A stretch of DNA of 63,843 nucleotides, filler included, from Chiloscyllium plagiosum (lineage: Eukaryota), in NCBI RefSeq assembly GCF_004010195.1. It is 5 parts of one record of this genome, joined end to end, with 100 filler letters (N's around TTAATTAATTAA, not from the genome) between each part and the next. Parts side by side here need not be neighbours in the genome. Positions count along the whole stretch, not along the records: positions 1 to 28,892 come from NC_057715.1; 4 more parts are not named here. One strand, 5' to 3'. Made by a program: the position numbers and the translations under genes. This document shows positions 13,280-25,589 of the stretch, piece after piece (within the stretch, counting starts at the first letter, position 1; every line of letters starts with the position of its first letter). The notes below the pieces were generated by a model, which saw only the letters and a program-made list of their open reading frames with translations, had not been told where the DNA came from and made no database searches.

Positions 13280-14370
13280 AAGGAAGTCTGCCATCCTTAC
13301 CCAGTCCAGACTGCATATGACTTCAAAACAACAGGAATGTGAGTGGCACTTAACTGTCCTCTGAAGCCCCATATGTACCAAATCACTCAGAAAATTTGAA
13401 AAAGAATAATACCACATTTTGCCAGGTAAAACCACTTACCTGTCATTGACCTAGGTATTGAAAACGGCAATGGCATATCTTGACCATGCAAAATCCTCCT
13501 TTACTAACAGGAGGGCTTGTGGCTCACACACAGACTAATCAAACAACATGCCACTGAATCATATCTTACAGCCACTGTCCTAGAGATCACCATATTCATC
13601 TTTGGATCTGTCCTGTCTTAATGGAAGGACAACCTAACAGAGGTAATGGAATAATAATATTCCATTGGAACAGAGTGATCTTGGTAGTCTACAACACTGA
13701 CTCTGGTCCCTATTAAATCACATCAGGTCAAACATAGACAAAGAAAGCTCCTGATACTTTCCACCTATAGCATTGCTCAGTTAATAGGTTAGTATTTATC
13801 CATATTAAAAACAATTTTTTAGAAGCACTGAGTATGACATGAGTACAGAAAGTACTCTGAGTTGGAGATATCAATGTCCAGCACCAAGAGAGGCCAAGAC
13901 CTGCCTGCAGAGTGCTCTGGAGTATATGGTAAAGCAATTGACAAAAGAGACAAAAGAGCAGGTTTGTTCTGCTTGCCATCGGAAAGCACGATCTTCCCTC
14001 AGCCTACTGCCAATCTAATAACCAACTCAGCTGTACCTAACAACCAGCTGTCACCCCACCTCTGGCTCAGATCTGGTTTGTCAAAATGGGTATCCATGAG
14101 ATACAGTGGGCCATAAGCAGCAGCAGAATTGAATTCAGCCACAAACTGTGACTTCATGCCCAGTACTTGCCTCACTTTGCCATTACAAGCAATCTAGGTC
14201 AAAAAAACAGATTCACTGAGGAGTGAAAGTGAGCATGCTGGAAGCAGTACCAGACACTCCTAAAAATGAGGTACCAATATTGCAAAGTTATGACACAGGA
14301 CTAATTGCATCCCAAACAGCAGAAGCAACATGTGATAGACAATGTTAAGCAATTCCATAACTACTAGATC
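13280..14370 (+). mobile_element. Degraded L2-like LINE 5' region (Deu-like segment followed by endonuclease-region remnant)
   Basis: 13285-13365 is homologous to the Deu-like segment at 21310-21600 (reverse); the downstream part is homologous to 30880-31080. Confidence 0.55.
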
Positions 14371-14934
14371 AAATGACAGCTTTACAGCATTTGACAGAAA
14401 CACTCACATTTCATGAAAACTTAATAAGTGAGTCAAGCTGATTAATAGAAAAAGAAACTCAATAATTCTTCTCCAAGTTAGGAAAAATGTCTTTTAAGTC
14501 TCTTTTAAATTACAGCTCTGTTGTCATTTAATGGTTCTAATGTAATCAAGCCCAACCTGTTTCTCTCTGGAGAACTAGAGAACCAGCTCAAACTTGGCAA
14601 CACCATCAGCAAGTGTAAGCACTGACACCCAATACATTGCAGTTCTTGATACTTCATGCTGTTATAAAATCATTTTGAGTTAAAGCACTCAGTAAAATAA
14701 ATGGGATTTCACTTTGTAACACATAACTTTGAGATCCTGAGATATGACATGATTAACTTTATAAAAACCAGAATCACGGAACCATGGGTTCTTAGGTGCA
14801 AATCCAGAAGTATCAGCAAATTACCAAAAGCACAGTAGGTCAGGTGCAATTATTATAAGAATTGTGCTTTTACATACTTCTCAAACCTGACAGTCTCAAT
14901 AATGAGGCTTAAACAGAGTAAAAACAAAACTGAC

Positions 14935-15505
14935 ATATTGTGGCTGTACAGGACATTCGTTAGGCTGCTTTTGGAATATTGTGTGTAATTCTGGTCTCCT
15001 TCCTATCAGAAGGATGTTGTGAAATTTGAAAGGGTTCAGAAAAGAGTTTCAAGGATGTTGCCAAGGTTGGAGGATTTGAGCTATAGGGAAAGGCTGAATA
15101 GGTTAGGGCTGTTTTCCCTGGACCGTCGGAGGCTGAGGGGTGACCTTGTAGACGTATATAAAATCATGAGGGGCATGGATAGGGTAAATAAACAAGGTTT
15201 TTTCCCTGAGGTGGAGGAGTCCAGAACTAGAGGGCATAGGTTTAGGGTGAGAATGGAAAGATATAAAAGAAACCTAAGGGGCAACTTTTTCACATAGAGG
15301 GTGGTGTGTGTATGGAAGGGGCTGACAGAGGAAGTGGTTGGAGGCTAGTACAATTGTAACATTTAAAAGACATCTGGATGGGTATATGAACAGGAAGGGT
15401 TTGGAGGGATATAGGCCGGATGCTGGCAGGTGGGACTAGATTGGGTTGGGATAACTGGCCAGCATGGACGAGTTGGACCGAAGGGTCTGTACATCTCTAT
15501 GACTC
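14935..15505 (+). mobile_element. CR1 LINE 3' fragment
   Basis: ERVQKR..RMLPRLEDLSYRERLNRLGLFSL.RRRLRGDL...YKIMRG. Confidence 0.92.
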
Positions 15506-15964
15506 AAAGTATGCAACAGGTAAGAATAAAAATTGATCGAAGTATTTCCTTATTTAAATGTAAACAACCTCTAATTCAGTGGATTGGGCATTTTGTTAGA
15601 TCTCGTGTAAGAAATGTTCCAACAAAAATTGGCATGGAAGAAAATACAGACAGGAACGATGAGGCTCATTTAGTTTGGGATCATGGTTGGCATGGACTGC
15701 TTGGATGGAAAGGTTTGTTGTCTCTGTGCTTAATGACTGTATGTGTAGTCCTTGTGCATTCCAAACGAAGCTGATATCCAGCACCAGAAATATACTTATG
15801 AGACAAAGCATTCTAGCAATGAGAATAGCAGCGTGGCTGAACTTTATGCACAATGTAGGTTGAAGTATACAACAAGAAATATTGGATGTTTGTGATAATG
15901 AGATCGCAATAATCATTGGTGATTTTAATCTTCATACAAACTGGGTAAATTGGATTAACAATGG

Positions 15965-16172
15965 CAGCCGGTCCACCTTTTTCCACAGCTTACGATTCTC
16001 CACCACTGTGGTTGACAAGTCTTTAGCCACGTGTGACACACCTCTTGCGCTTCTGCCCTCACCCCTTCTCTTCCCTCGCACAAGACAAATAGGATCCCCT
16101 GGTCTTCATTTATCAACCCATTAGCATCTGCAACCAAAGGATTGTTACCTGCTATTTCTACAACCTCCAGCA
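15965..16172 (+). mobile_element. Penelope-like element internal fragment (between RT and GIY-YIG)
   Basis: Frameshifted STFF...FSTTVVDKSL...ALTPSLPSH...RIPLVFIY.P...Q resembles the vertebrate PLE post-RT region. Confidence 0.55.
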
Positions 16173-16199
16173 GTAATTTGGTGATAGTACCTTCTGTAA

Positions 16200-17000
16200 A
16201 TTTGGCTATAGTACCTTCTATCCCTGCTTGCGAGCCACTAATATAGATTGCAAATAGTTAGAGCCCAAAGACCAATCCTGTGGTACCTGACATTTGCCAG
16301 CCAGAAAAAGACCCATTTATTCCAAACCTCTGCTTTCTGTTGGTTGGCCAATCCTTGATCTAAGCTAATAAAAAACTTAGCCATATGTGTGATCTTATTT
16401 ACTAACCTTTTGTACCCACCTTATTAAATGCTTTCTTCAAGTCCAGATATAGCACATCTACAGGAACCTGATTATCCACTTCCCTTATTACACATTTGAA
16501 GAACTCTAGTAAATTAATTAAACATAATTTATTGTGCATAAGATCAAGCTGACTCTAATGGATTGTGTTTTGACTCTCCAAATATCCTGATATTACATTT
16601 TGATAGTAGATTCCAATGATTTCCCAATAGATGTTATAATGGTCATAGTCTCCTAATTTCTGCCTCCCTCCCTTTTCACATAAGGGTATTATATAGCACT
16701 CTGCCAATCTGACGGAGCCTTTCTGCATCCTCAGAATTTTTGAATCTTATAACCAATGGATCCACTATCTCTGCTGCCATTCTTTTAAGACCCTAGGATG
16801 TAGGCCATCAAGCTGTGGAGATTTGTCTGCCTTCAATTCCAATAGTTTGCTCAATTCCTTTTTCCCAGTGATAATTATTGTTTTAAGTTTCTCCCATTCT
16901 AAGACCTCTGTATTACCTGGTACTCTTGGGATGGACTAGTGTCCTCCACCGTGAAAACTGAGGCAAAGTACTGATTTAGTGTTTCTGACAGTTCTGTGTT
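16200..17000 (-). mobile_element. Old CR1 RT fragment
   Basis: aaatgctttcttcaagtccagata (reverse YLDLKKAF) and ggatgtaggccatcaag (reverse DGLHP). Confidence 0.65.
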
Positions 17001-19150
17001 ATTTATTGCTTGAGCAGGTTTGAGGGGCAGAATGGTCCAGCCTTGCTCTTAATTTTTGTGTTGCTAGTTGGCATTAGAAGTGCTGTCTGTTGCTGGAACT
17101 CTGTAGTTCCAAATTAATTGTGGCATCAGAGAATAACAATTTAATATAGAGAAGTTTTTAAGCTGTGCCAAGGTTCTCACCTTTCCAATTCATGATCTAA
17201 TTAGTGTTTTTCATAGTTAATTCTCTTTGTTACAAAGGAAAATATCCTGGAAAAACAGAAAGTCATTTGATAATGACTTCATTAAAGCTTTCATTAAAAC
17301 AAAAGGGCGAATTGCACCCCATGCATCCCTTAGTGAAATGAGGTAATTCCCTGGGAGCTACAGCATTCCATGCTGATATCAGTGGCTTCTTTGCAATGAG
17401 ATGAATGCTGTGAAATGTACTGTTATGTACTAATACAGGGTACAATCTAATTCTGGTTTGAACTTTCCATATCCCCAAAGGATTTGTGTTTCACAACTAA
17501 AAGGACAGCGTGCCAATAACAACAGGTGCCAATTCTGCGTACTGAGAGTGCCCACTGCCTCCTGGTGGTCTAAACATACATGGCATGACAAAATGATAAT
17601 TGATAATATTATAGGAGTAACCAAGGGGATCTTATCTCAGTTAATCCTACATATTTGTATAATGGTTGAATGCCTTAAATACAGAAAAGATTTTTATCAT
17701 AATTGTTTATTTTATGTCCTTCTCTAATTTTAAGTTTTATTTTCCTGCTATGTAATTACTTCTAGTCAGCATGTATGATTTTTTTGCATGTCTATGGTCA
17801 TCTCAAACTTCATGAAATTATTTAAGACTTGCAAAATATACATTTTTTTTTGTCCCTAACTTCAAAATGGAAATTTGGAAAAACAGAACAGATAGTTTGA
17901 GAAAGTAAGAATTGAAAATAATAAACTAAAGGCACAAAGTCAAAATTTGATATCTCCTTTTTAATTACATTCTAAATCATCCATTTTGCATTTTAGGTTC
18001 AACGTTATCTCTTTGCCGAAAGCAATCTGGAGTCAAAAGTCTGTGTGTTAGTGTCACACACTAGGAAGAAAGCATATAGATTGAAAAGGGCTGTGCTAAG
18101 GAGAGTCCTGAAGTGTTGGAGAGGTTTTAATTCAATCATTACCTGTTTGTTCAGGTAGGTTGTTAAAGATCCTTCAACACTATTCAAAGAAGATCAAGAA
18201 GTCTATCAATCCTCAATCAACACCGCCAAAAATGCAAATTCACTGATAATGTACTTAACTGATGTTTAATTTACATGATGAATCAAAATACCTGTTCTGT
18301 TTATTTACCTTTCAACTCTTATAACACTGAAAGGTATTTATGTAGAATGCATTGAGATGATTGAACAACATAGTAAGGCACTATGTAGGTAAGTATAAGA
18401 ATTTCATCATTATTTTCTTCAAATTAAATTGAATTAACTGTATGACATGTACTATTAGTGTTTGCTTTCATATCATGATACTTGAGATTTACAAAACCTA
18501 CATGACCAAGGAGACATTCAAGAGCACCTGCTTGCAGTTAAAGGTTAAGTCAGTTATTTCAGTAATACCTCTTCAGCAATGCATCCTGTTTCAACAAATA
18601 AATTCAGAAATAAATTAGTTGGAAAAAAAAGCACAAAGTGAAAAGGATATAAATGGCCATTTAAAATTTTTGACCTTTAAAGAATGGATCTAAGCAGAGA
18701 TGTTTAGGTTTTAAACTAAAGATTAAGAGGTGTTTTTAAATTGTAGAAAGAAGTAACTGAATTAAATATTAAATTGTTAGAGCTATAGAAAAATATGTGT
18801 CTTATTAATTTGGGAAGCTTTCAATTCATACATTGTGATATGGAAACAATAAGTAATAATAAAGAAATAGCGCTAATCATTCTATTGATTAAAAAATATG
18901 ATATACTTACACTAATATATTTATCATGCTAATTCTAAGGTGCAGGAGTATATCCGGATGGACAAACCAAGCTTGGGACAGCTGGTTCAAAGGTTCAATG
19001 GAAAAGCCCATTGTTTAATCCTTCCTGCTACAGCACATCAAGGAACGGGAGACCTTGTAAAGCCCCAGAGATTATTTGACGTGAAATGTAAATTAGCACT
19101 GTATATAAGACCTGTAATGGTGAATGAATGTTATGTGCTGTATTAAAAAA

Positions 19151-19345
19151 AAGTCAGAATCACTCGACACCAGGTTATGGTCCAACAGGTTTATTTCAAA
19201 TCACAAGCTTTCAGAGCAACTCCACCTGATGAAGGAACAGTGTTGTGAAAGCTTGTGATTTGAAATAAACCTGTTGGACTATAGCCTGATGCCATGTGAC
19301 GTCTGACCTTGTCCACCCTCGTCTAACACCGGCATCTCCACATCT
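19151..19345. mobile_element. Fold-back PLE pLTR insertion, family B
   Basis: Inverted arms caggttatggtccaacaggtttatttcaaatcacaagctttc / gaaagcttgtgatttgaaataaacctgttggactatagcctg, a cacCTGATGA...GAAAGCTTgtg core, and tail aacaccggcatctccacatc. Confidence 0.8.
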
Positions 19346-20402
19346 TAAAAGAAAATGAAATGGTAACTTAGTTTTCCTTCATGGATGCTGCCAGACTTGC
19401 TGAATATTTCAGGCATTTTTCATTTCTATTATTATGTTGTCAACAGTCTTAATAGAAATATCAAACAAACAACAATGAGATGAACAATAAATTAATCTGA
19501 TTATTGTGTCACAGTCATACTTTTGCGAAACAAGTGAAAGTGGTTCCTGTGAAGAGGCAGTATGTGACTATATAATTCATCGTGATAACGGGTCATGCAG
19601 ATTCAGCTATTGGACTGGAATGAGTAAACTGGTTTCAGTTCTGAAGGCAGTTATAGATGTCTATGTTCTTGCTCTTATTGACCTGGGATATGACATCTTA
19701 TGGTTGAGCTCACTGCTGGCAATGTCTAGACTAGCATGTTATGAATGGTTACTTTTGCAAGTCATCTAAATGCTGCTCTTAGCTATGGAAACAAATCTCA
19801 GCACCAGAGATTTAGGATAAAAAACTGAAAGGGAACTAAGTTATAGAAAATATTACAAAAATACTAGAGATGAGGTATCTAATGATAAGAATGCACCACT
19901 ATAACTTCAAATCAATGATAATTGGGATTAAGTTATTGAAACATTGAAAATATTTCATGAGTTGCTTTAAATTAATTTGTAGTAAATTGATGTAAATATG
20001 CAGACTTAACATGTTGCACAATAGTCACTGAAAACTGAGTGTTATATATAAAACACTTTTTGTTGTTACTTACTATGGACCATCACCTCAGCTACAATGA
20101 AGAGTCTTATACAGGGTGAAAAATTATAGGAAAACTTTTCTGGATTAAATTTCATAAATGCTCCGATGTTGGACTAATTATGAGGAGAAATCAGTTAGAG
20201 ATCTATTTACATTACCAAATTTCAAACTACCCTGTAACTATTTAATGCTTCTGCTTAATTATCTTGTTAATTGAATCACATCAGGGAGCAGAAGTAGCGG
20301 TTTGTTCTATTTAAAAGGGTGATTGAAGAAAAAGCAATGACTGGATAAAATAATTATAATAGAAAAGAAAAGTAGAAAAATTGGAAAGACACCAGTCCTT
20401 AC

Positions 20403-20525
20403 CTCAAAGTTGACTGCAGCTATGTTCACTTCCAAGCAAATGAATGGTTGAATAAGACAAATGGAAAGACCTATTGCTTTTTTTGCCTGTCAAAGCTTCG
20501 TATTTGCTAGATGACACCAGCAATT
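20403..20525 (-). other. FHL2: Candidate non-coding first exon of FHL2 (5' end approximate)
   Basis: Strong minus-strand donor GAG|GTAAGG (GT at 20402-20401) about 150 nt downstream of a TATA/MEF2-like box and a CArG box, in unique sequence. Confidence 0.5.
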
Positions 20526-20551
20526 AAACAGATAGCAAGTCTTTTGCCAGT

Positions 20552-20716
20552 CTATAAATACAGTATATTTCAAGCAACTGCTGTCCAGTAGAGATAAGAA
20601 CTACCATTGCTATGCACAACATCCTACCTTTTAAGGTATCAGAAATTTAACAACATGTGGCCTGCAATGGAAAATCTGCACAAGTAGAAAATGTAACTAC
20701 TTATCCGGTCACGTCA
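20552..20716 (-). promoter_or_regulatory. Candidate muscle/cardiac FHL2 promoter
   Basis: CTATAAATAC (MEF2/TATA-like, 20552-20561), AGATAA (20592-20597), CArG CCTTTTAAGG (20627-20636), CTTATC (20700-20705) and TCACGTCA (CRE-like, 20709-20716) are clustered within 165 bp. Confidence 0.55.
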
Positions 20717-21259
20717 AGGACAAACTAAAATGGGAACAAATCATGGTTAAACTCAATTAAAACTTTTCTTATTTCTGTAACTTTATTGTTAAATAAGCAA
20801 CTGAATATTTTACAAAAGAAACCCAATGCCTGAGATTTAGATTCATAAATACAAAATGATTCCAGATTGTGAAACACTCTTAAGAAGCCCTACAGGTGAC
20901 CTTCAGGCTGATTGTCTTAATCTCTAATCAGTAAAGCAGCACAGTCATAACTATGATCAGATTTAACAATTGTCTGACAGTATGATCACAACAACAAAAT
21001 ATTATTAAGATTCAGCAGAGACGATATTAAGAAACCATCACAGTGACCAGAAAAGAAGGAACTTTGGCTATTCATTTTAATAGGTCTAAACTTACCTAAC
21101 ATTTCTAGCTGCATATTATCTATTCATTATTATGTAGTTTGTGATATACTAGACTAGTATTTAAGATATCCATGTTAATACTCCACAAGTGTTGCTTCAA
21201 ATCCTCGCACAATAAATTGCCATGTTGAAATTAAGTACTAAATCATGATTTGTTTTTCA

Positions 21260-21660
21260 TTCCTGGCTGGGCTATCATTCATTGCCTTGAACTGATTGAC
21301 TTGTTAGGGCCATTTCAGAAGGCAGTTAACAGTCAACCACATTGCTGTGGGCCTGGAGTCACATATGACCAGCAGGTCAGGCAGCATCCAAGGACAGGAG
21401 AATCGACATTTCGGGCATAAGCCCTTCTTTTCTGAAGAAGGGCTTATGCCCGAAACATCGATTCTCCTGCTCTTTGGATGCTGTCTGACCTGCTGCACTT
21501 TTCCGGCAACACATTTTCAGCTCTGATCTCCAGCATCTGCAGTCCTTACTTTCTCCTAGTCACATATGACCAGACCAGGTAAGGATGGCAGATTTTGTAC
21601 CCTAAAGAATGTTAGTGAACCAAGATGTATTTTACAACAATTGATAATGTTTACATCATT
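21260..21660 (-). mobile_element. Deu-SINE-like fragment, split by a PLE hairpin insertion
   Basis: Reverse reads aatctgccatccttacctggtctggtcatatgtgactccaggcccacagcaatgtggttgact once the insertion is removed. Confidence 0.65.
21373..21557. mobile_element. Fold-back PLE pLTR insertion, family A
   Basis: Inverted arms centred near 21430, 16-bp TSD agtcacatatgaccag (21357-21372 and 21558-21573), and tail ctgatctccagcatctgcagtccttactttctcct. Confidence 0.85.
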
Positions 21661-21663
21661 ATG

Positions 21664-22540
21664 TGTTGATACTATGGCTTTAAGAGATGTATTTTGGTCC
21701 TGGTTTTCATTATGACGAAAGGCTGAGACAGAGGTACCAAGCAGGCTGCTAAAAGCAATAAAGTAATCAGCTTGTGAAGCCTGAGGGATTTTTTAAAAGT
21801 TGCAACAATAGAAGCAGCCTGAATGGGTGGGGTCAAGCTCCCATAGAACCAGGATTTTAGTTTTATCTTTCAGTAGTTGCTGGAATCTTGAAGCAGGGTG
21901 TGAAAGTCTATATTCCCCTCTCTGTTACAACTAAAAGCTGGGGTTCTCTTCCTGCTGCCAGAATTGCATTGTGAGACAATCTATTTTATTGAATTTGCTT
22001 TCACAAAGGGTGTGTTTACAGTATGTGACTAATTTGGAACAGTTAATCAGTAGTAGTTAATATATATTATTTTGTTAAGCGTTTCAATAGCGTTACAGTT
22101 AAGCAAATTCATTCCTTTTATTTTTATTTTGTTTGTATTTTAACTGTAGTATAAAAATAAAGTGTGTTTTGTTTAAAGTCGAGTAGTTTGACCAATTGAA
22201 TTGCATCTGGAATAAAACACCTTACACTTACCTTTAAAGTAAGAACAAGTTAGGGTCAAGGCTATCTTATTGAAATATTTCAAGGGGTTCGGGCCTGGTT
22301 TATAACAAATTGGAAGGCCTTGTCAGGATCAAAATCTCTAATTCCATGTTGGGTTCAGGATTATTGCGCTCAAAGGCAGTTAGTGTTGATGTTCTGTTTT
22401 CAAGTGTTGCATTCAGTTGGTTTAAATAGGATGTGTCTTCTGTAGTAAATGCTCTTTCAGTCACTAAGAGTTTCCTGGGGGCAGAAGAAAGTGAAAAGGC
22501 AAATTTTTTAAAATTGGCTGACAAGCTGGAGTTAACTACA
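21664..22540 (+). mobile_element. Gypsy-like LTR (about 21664-22307) followed by a PBS-like site and gag start remnant
   Basis: TGTT...TAACA ends, AATAAA near 22156, aatTGG immediately after the LTR, and gag-like ALSVTKSFLGAE...LKLADKLEL. Confidence 0.6.
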
Positions 22541-22683
22541 ATAAAGACAATCCAGACAGAACAGTCAGCATCAACTGAACTCTGGCTGTTAGTGGTTAAA
22601 TTGTCTCTTATTAGAAAGGTAATGCTTAGCATTTCTGTGGCATGAATGTTACTTGCCACTTGTCAGCCTAAGCCTGGATATTG

Positions 22684-22900
22684 AGCTGAAAATGTGTTGC
22701 TGGAAAAGCGCAGGTCAGGCAGCATCCAGGGAACAGAAGAATCGACGTTTCGGGCATAAGCCCTTCTTCAGGCTTGAAGAAGGGCTTATGCCCGAAACGT
22801 CGATTCTCCTGTTCCCTGGATGCTGCCTGACCTGCTGCGCTTTTCCAGCAACACATTTTCAGCTCTGATCGCCAGCATCTGTAGACCTCACTCTCTCCTC
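22684..22900. mobile_element. Fold-back PLE pLTR insertion, family A
   Basis: Arms of about 90 bp with a loopless centre at 22772/22773 and a 14-bp TSD aagcctggatattg (22670-22683 and 22901-22914). Confidence 0.88.
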
Positions 22901-23519
22901 AAGCCTGGATATTGCCCAGATCTATGACTAAGAGTGGCTTGGTAGCTTCACTATTGGCTAAGCCTGTCAGACTGGCCTAGCAGCACATGTGAGAGAACTA
23001 AGAAAAAGATAAACTCTCTCTGACTGCACCCTTACCAGTTTACTTGTCACAACAACTTCTATTTGCACACCAGCTTTACCTCATGATTCAAAAACTGTTC
23101 CTTGCAAAAAAGAATTCCAAAGGTTAATATGTCTCTGAGAGAAGGACTCATTCCTCATCTCTGCCTTAATTGGGAAAATCCTCATTTTTAAACCACACCC
23201 TGCAGTTCCGGATTGCCCCACAAGCAAAAACGTCCTGGCAGTATTTTCTTTTTCATTCATTCATGGGACATGCAAATCACAGGCTGGTCTTAATTTATTA
23301 CTTGTCCCTAGTTGCCTTTGAGAAGGTGGTGGTGAGCTGCCTTCTTGAACTGCTGCCATCCATGTACTGTTGCTTGGCTAACAATGCTCTTAGGGAGGGA
23401 ATTTCAGGATTTTGACCCAGTCACAGTGAAGAAACAGTGATATACTTCCAAGTCAGGATGATGAGTGGCTCGGAGGGGAACTTGCGTGGGTGGTATTCCC
23501 ATGTATTGGCTGTCCCTCT

Positions 23520-23941
23520 AGATGGAAGTGGGCGTGGGTTCGGAAAGTGCTTTCCAGGTTCTTTGGTGAATTTTTGCAGTGCATCTTGTAGATGGTACAC
23601 ACTACTGGTACTGAGCATCAGTGGTGGAGGGAATGGTTGCTTGTGAATGTGATGCCAATCAAGCAGGCTACTTTGTCCTGGATGATGTTAAGCTTCTTGA
23701 GTGTTTTTGGAGCTGCACCCATTCAGGCAAAGATGGAAGTGGGCGTGGGTTTGGAAAGTGCTTTCCAGGTGCTTTGGTGAATTTTTGCAGTGCATCTTGT
23801 AGATGGTACACACTACTGATACTGAGCATCAGTGGTGGAGGGAATGGTTGCTTGTGGATGTGATGCCAATCAAGCAGGCTACTTTGTCCTGGATGATGTT
23901 AAGCTTCTTGAGTGTTTTTGGAGCTGCACCCATTCAGGCAA
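23520..23941. repeat. Tandem direct duplication, 2 x 211 bp
   Basis: 23520-23730 and 23731-23941 are nearly identical, with a few substitutions. Confidence 0.9.
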
Positions 23942-25006
23942 GAGAAGAGTATTCCATCGCACTCCTGACTTGTGCCTTGTAGACGGTGGACATATTTTGG
24001 GGAGTCAGGAGGTGAGTTACTCACCACAATATTCCTAGCCTCTGACCTACTCGTGTAGCCACTGGGTTTATGTATTGAGCCCAGCTGAGTTTCTGCTCAA
24101 TGGTAACCTCCAGGATATTGACAGCAGTGGATTCAATGATGGTGACACCATTGAATATCAGGAAATAATGGATAGATTATGTCTTATAGGAGATGGTCAC
24201 TGCCTGGCATTTGTGTTGTGCAAATATTACTTGCCACTTGTCAGCCTAAACCTAGACATTGACCAGATCTTATGCATTTGAAAATGAATGCTTCAGTATC
24301 TGAGGAGTTGTGAATGGTGCTGAACATTCTGCATATTTCAATGAATATCTCCACTACTGACCTTAAGATGGAAGAAAGATCATTGATGAAGCAGCTGAAA
24401 ATGTGTGGCTCTAGGATACAATCTTGAGGAACTCCTGCAGAGAAGTCCTGGAACTGAGATGACTGACCTCGAAAAACCGCAACCATCTTTCTATGTGTCA
24501 GGTATGACTCCAACCACTGGAGAATTTGCCCCCCGATATCAATTGATTCCAGTTTTGCTAAGACTCCTTGATGCCACACTTGGTTGAAAGCAGCCTTGAT
24601 GTCAAGGGCTGTCACTTTCACTTTGCCTCTGGAATTCAACTCTTCTGTCTGTATTTGAACTAAGGCTGTAATGATGTCAGGAAGTGAGTGATCCTGGTGG
24701 AACGACTGGGCATCACTGAGCAAGTTACTGGTGAGCAGATGCTGCTTGATAGCATCTGCTTTTTATAACACCTTCCATCACTCTCCTGATGATTGAGAGT
24801 AAACTGATGGGGTGGTAATTGGCCAGGTTGGATTTGTCGTGCTTTTTGTGTACATGACATACCTGGGCAATTTTTCACATTGTCTGATAGATGGCAATGT
24901 TGTAACTGTACTGGAACAATTTGATAGGATAGTGGCATGTTCGAGAACACAGGTCTCCAGTAACACTGCTCTTATGTTGTCAGGGTCCACAGCCTTTGCA
25001 GTATTC

Positions 25007-25241
25007 TAGATTAGAGTGGTGCTGGAAAAGCACAGCAGTTCAGGCATCATCCAAGGAGCAGGAAAATCGACATTTCGGGCAAAAGCCCTTCATCAGGAAT
25101 CAGCCCTCTATTCCTGATGAAGGGCTTTTGCTCGAAACGTCGATTTTACTGCTCCTCAGATGCTATCTGAATGCTGTGCTTTTCCAGCACCACTCTAATC
25201 TAGAATCTGGTTTCCAGCATCTGCAGTCATTGTTTTTACCA
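25007..25241. mobile_element. Fold-back PLE pLTR insertion, family A variant
   Basis: Inverted arms around 25100-25109, CTGATGA (25114-25120) ... GAAACGTC (25134-25141), and 16-bp TSD agcctttgcagtattc (24991-25006 and 25242-25257). Confidence 0.88.
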
Positions 25242-25589
25242 AGCCTTTGCAGTATTCATTGCCTCCAACTGTTTCTTGACGTTATGTGGAGTTAATCAAA
25301 TTGGGTGAAGACTAGCATCTGTAATGCCACGGATCACTGCAAGAGGCCATATTTGATCATCCACTTGACACCTCTGGCTGAAGATTGCTATGAATGCTTC
25401 AGCCTTTTCTTTTGCTGTGACGTATTGGGCTCTTCCATCATTGAAGATGTGGATATTTGTGGAGCATCCTCCTTCAGTGAGTTGTTTAATTGTCCACCAC
25501 TGTTCATGACTAGATATGGCAGGACTGCAGAACTTACATCTGATCCATTGGTCACCTCAAAAGGTGAGATGACAATGACTTGATTTCAA

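Larger units (their letters stand above)
23245..25560 (-). mobile_element. L2/CR1-clade LINE (RT and 3' end) with an internal duplication and a PLE insertion
   Basis: ORF 24241-24723 reads ALDIKAAFNQVWHQG...WLESYL..R...AGVPQ..ILEP..FSCFINDL; Deu-SINE-type 3' tail at about 23250-23350. Confidence 0.85.

Noticed and set aside
22653..22868. Recurrent small ORFs on both strands (MCCWKSAAGQAASREQENRRFGHKPF / MPETSILL)
   Set aside because: They are by-products of the palindromic repeat, not genes.
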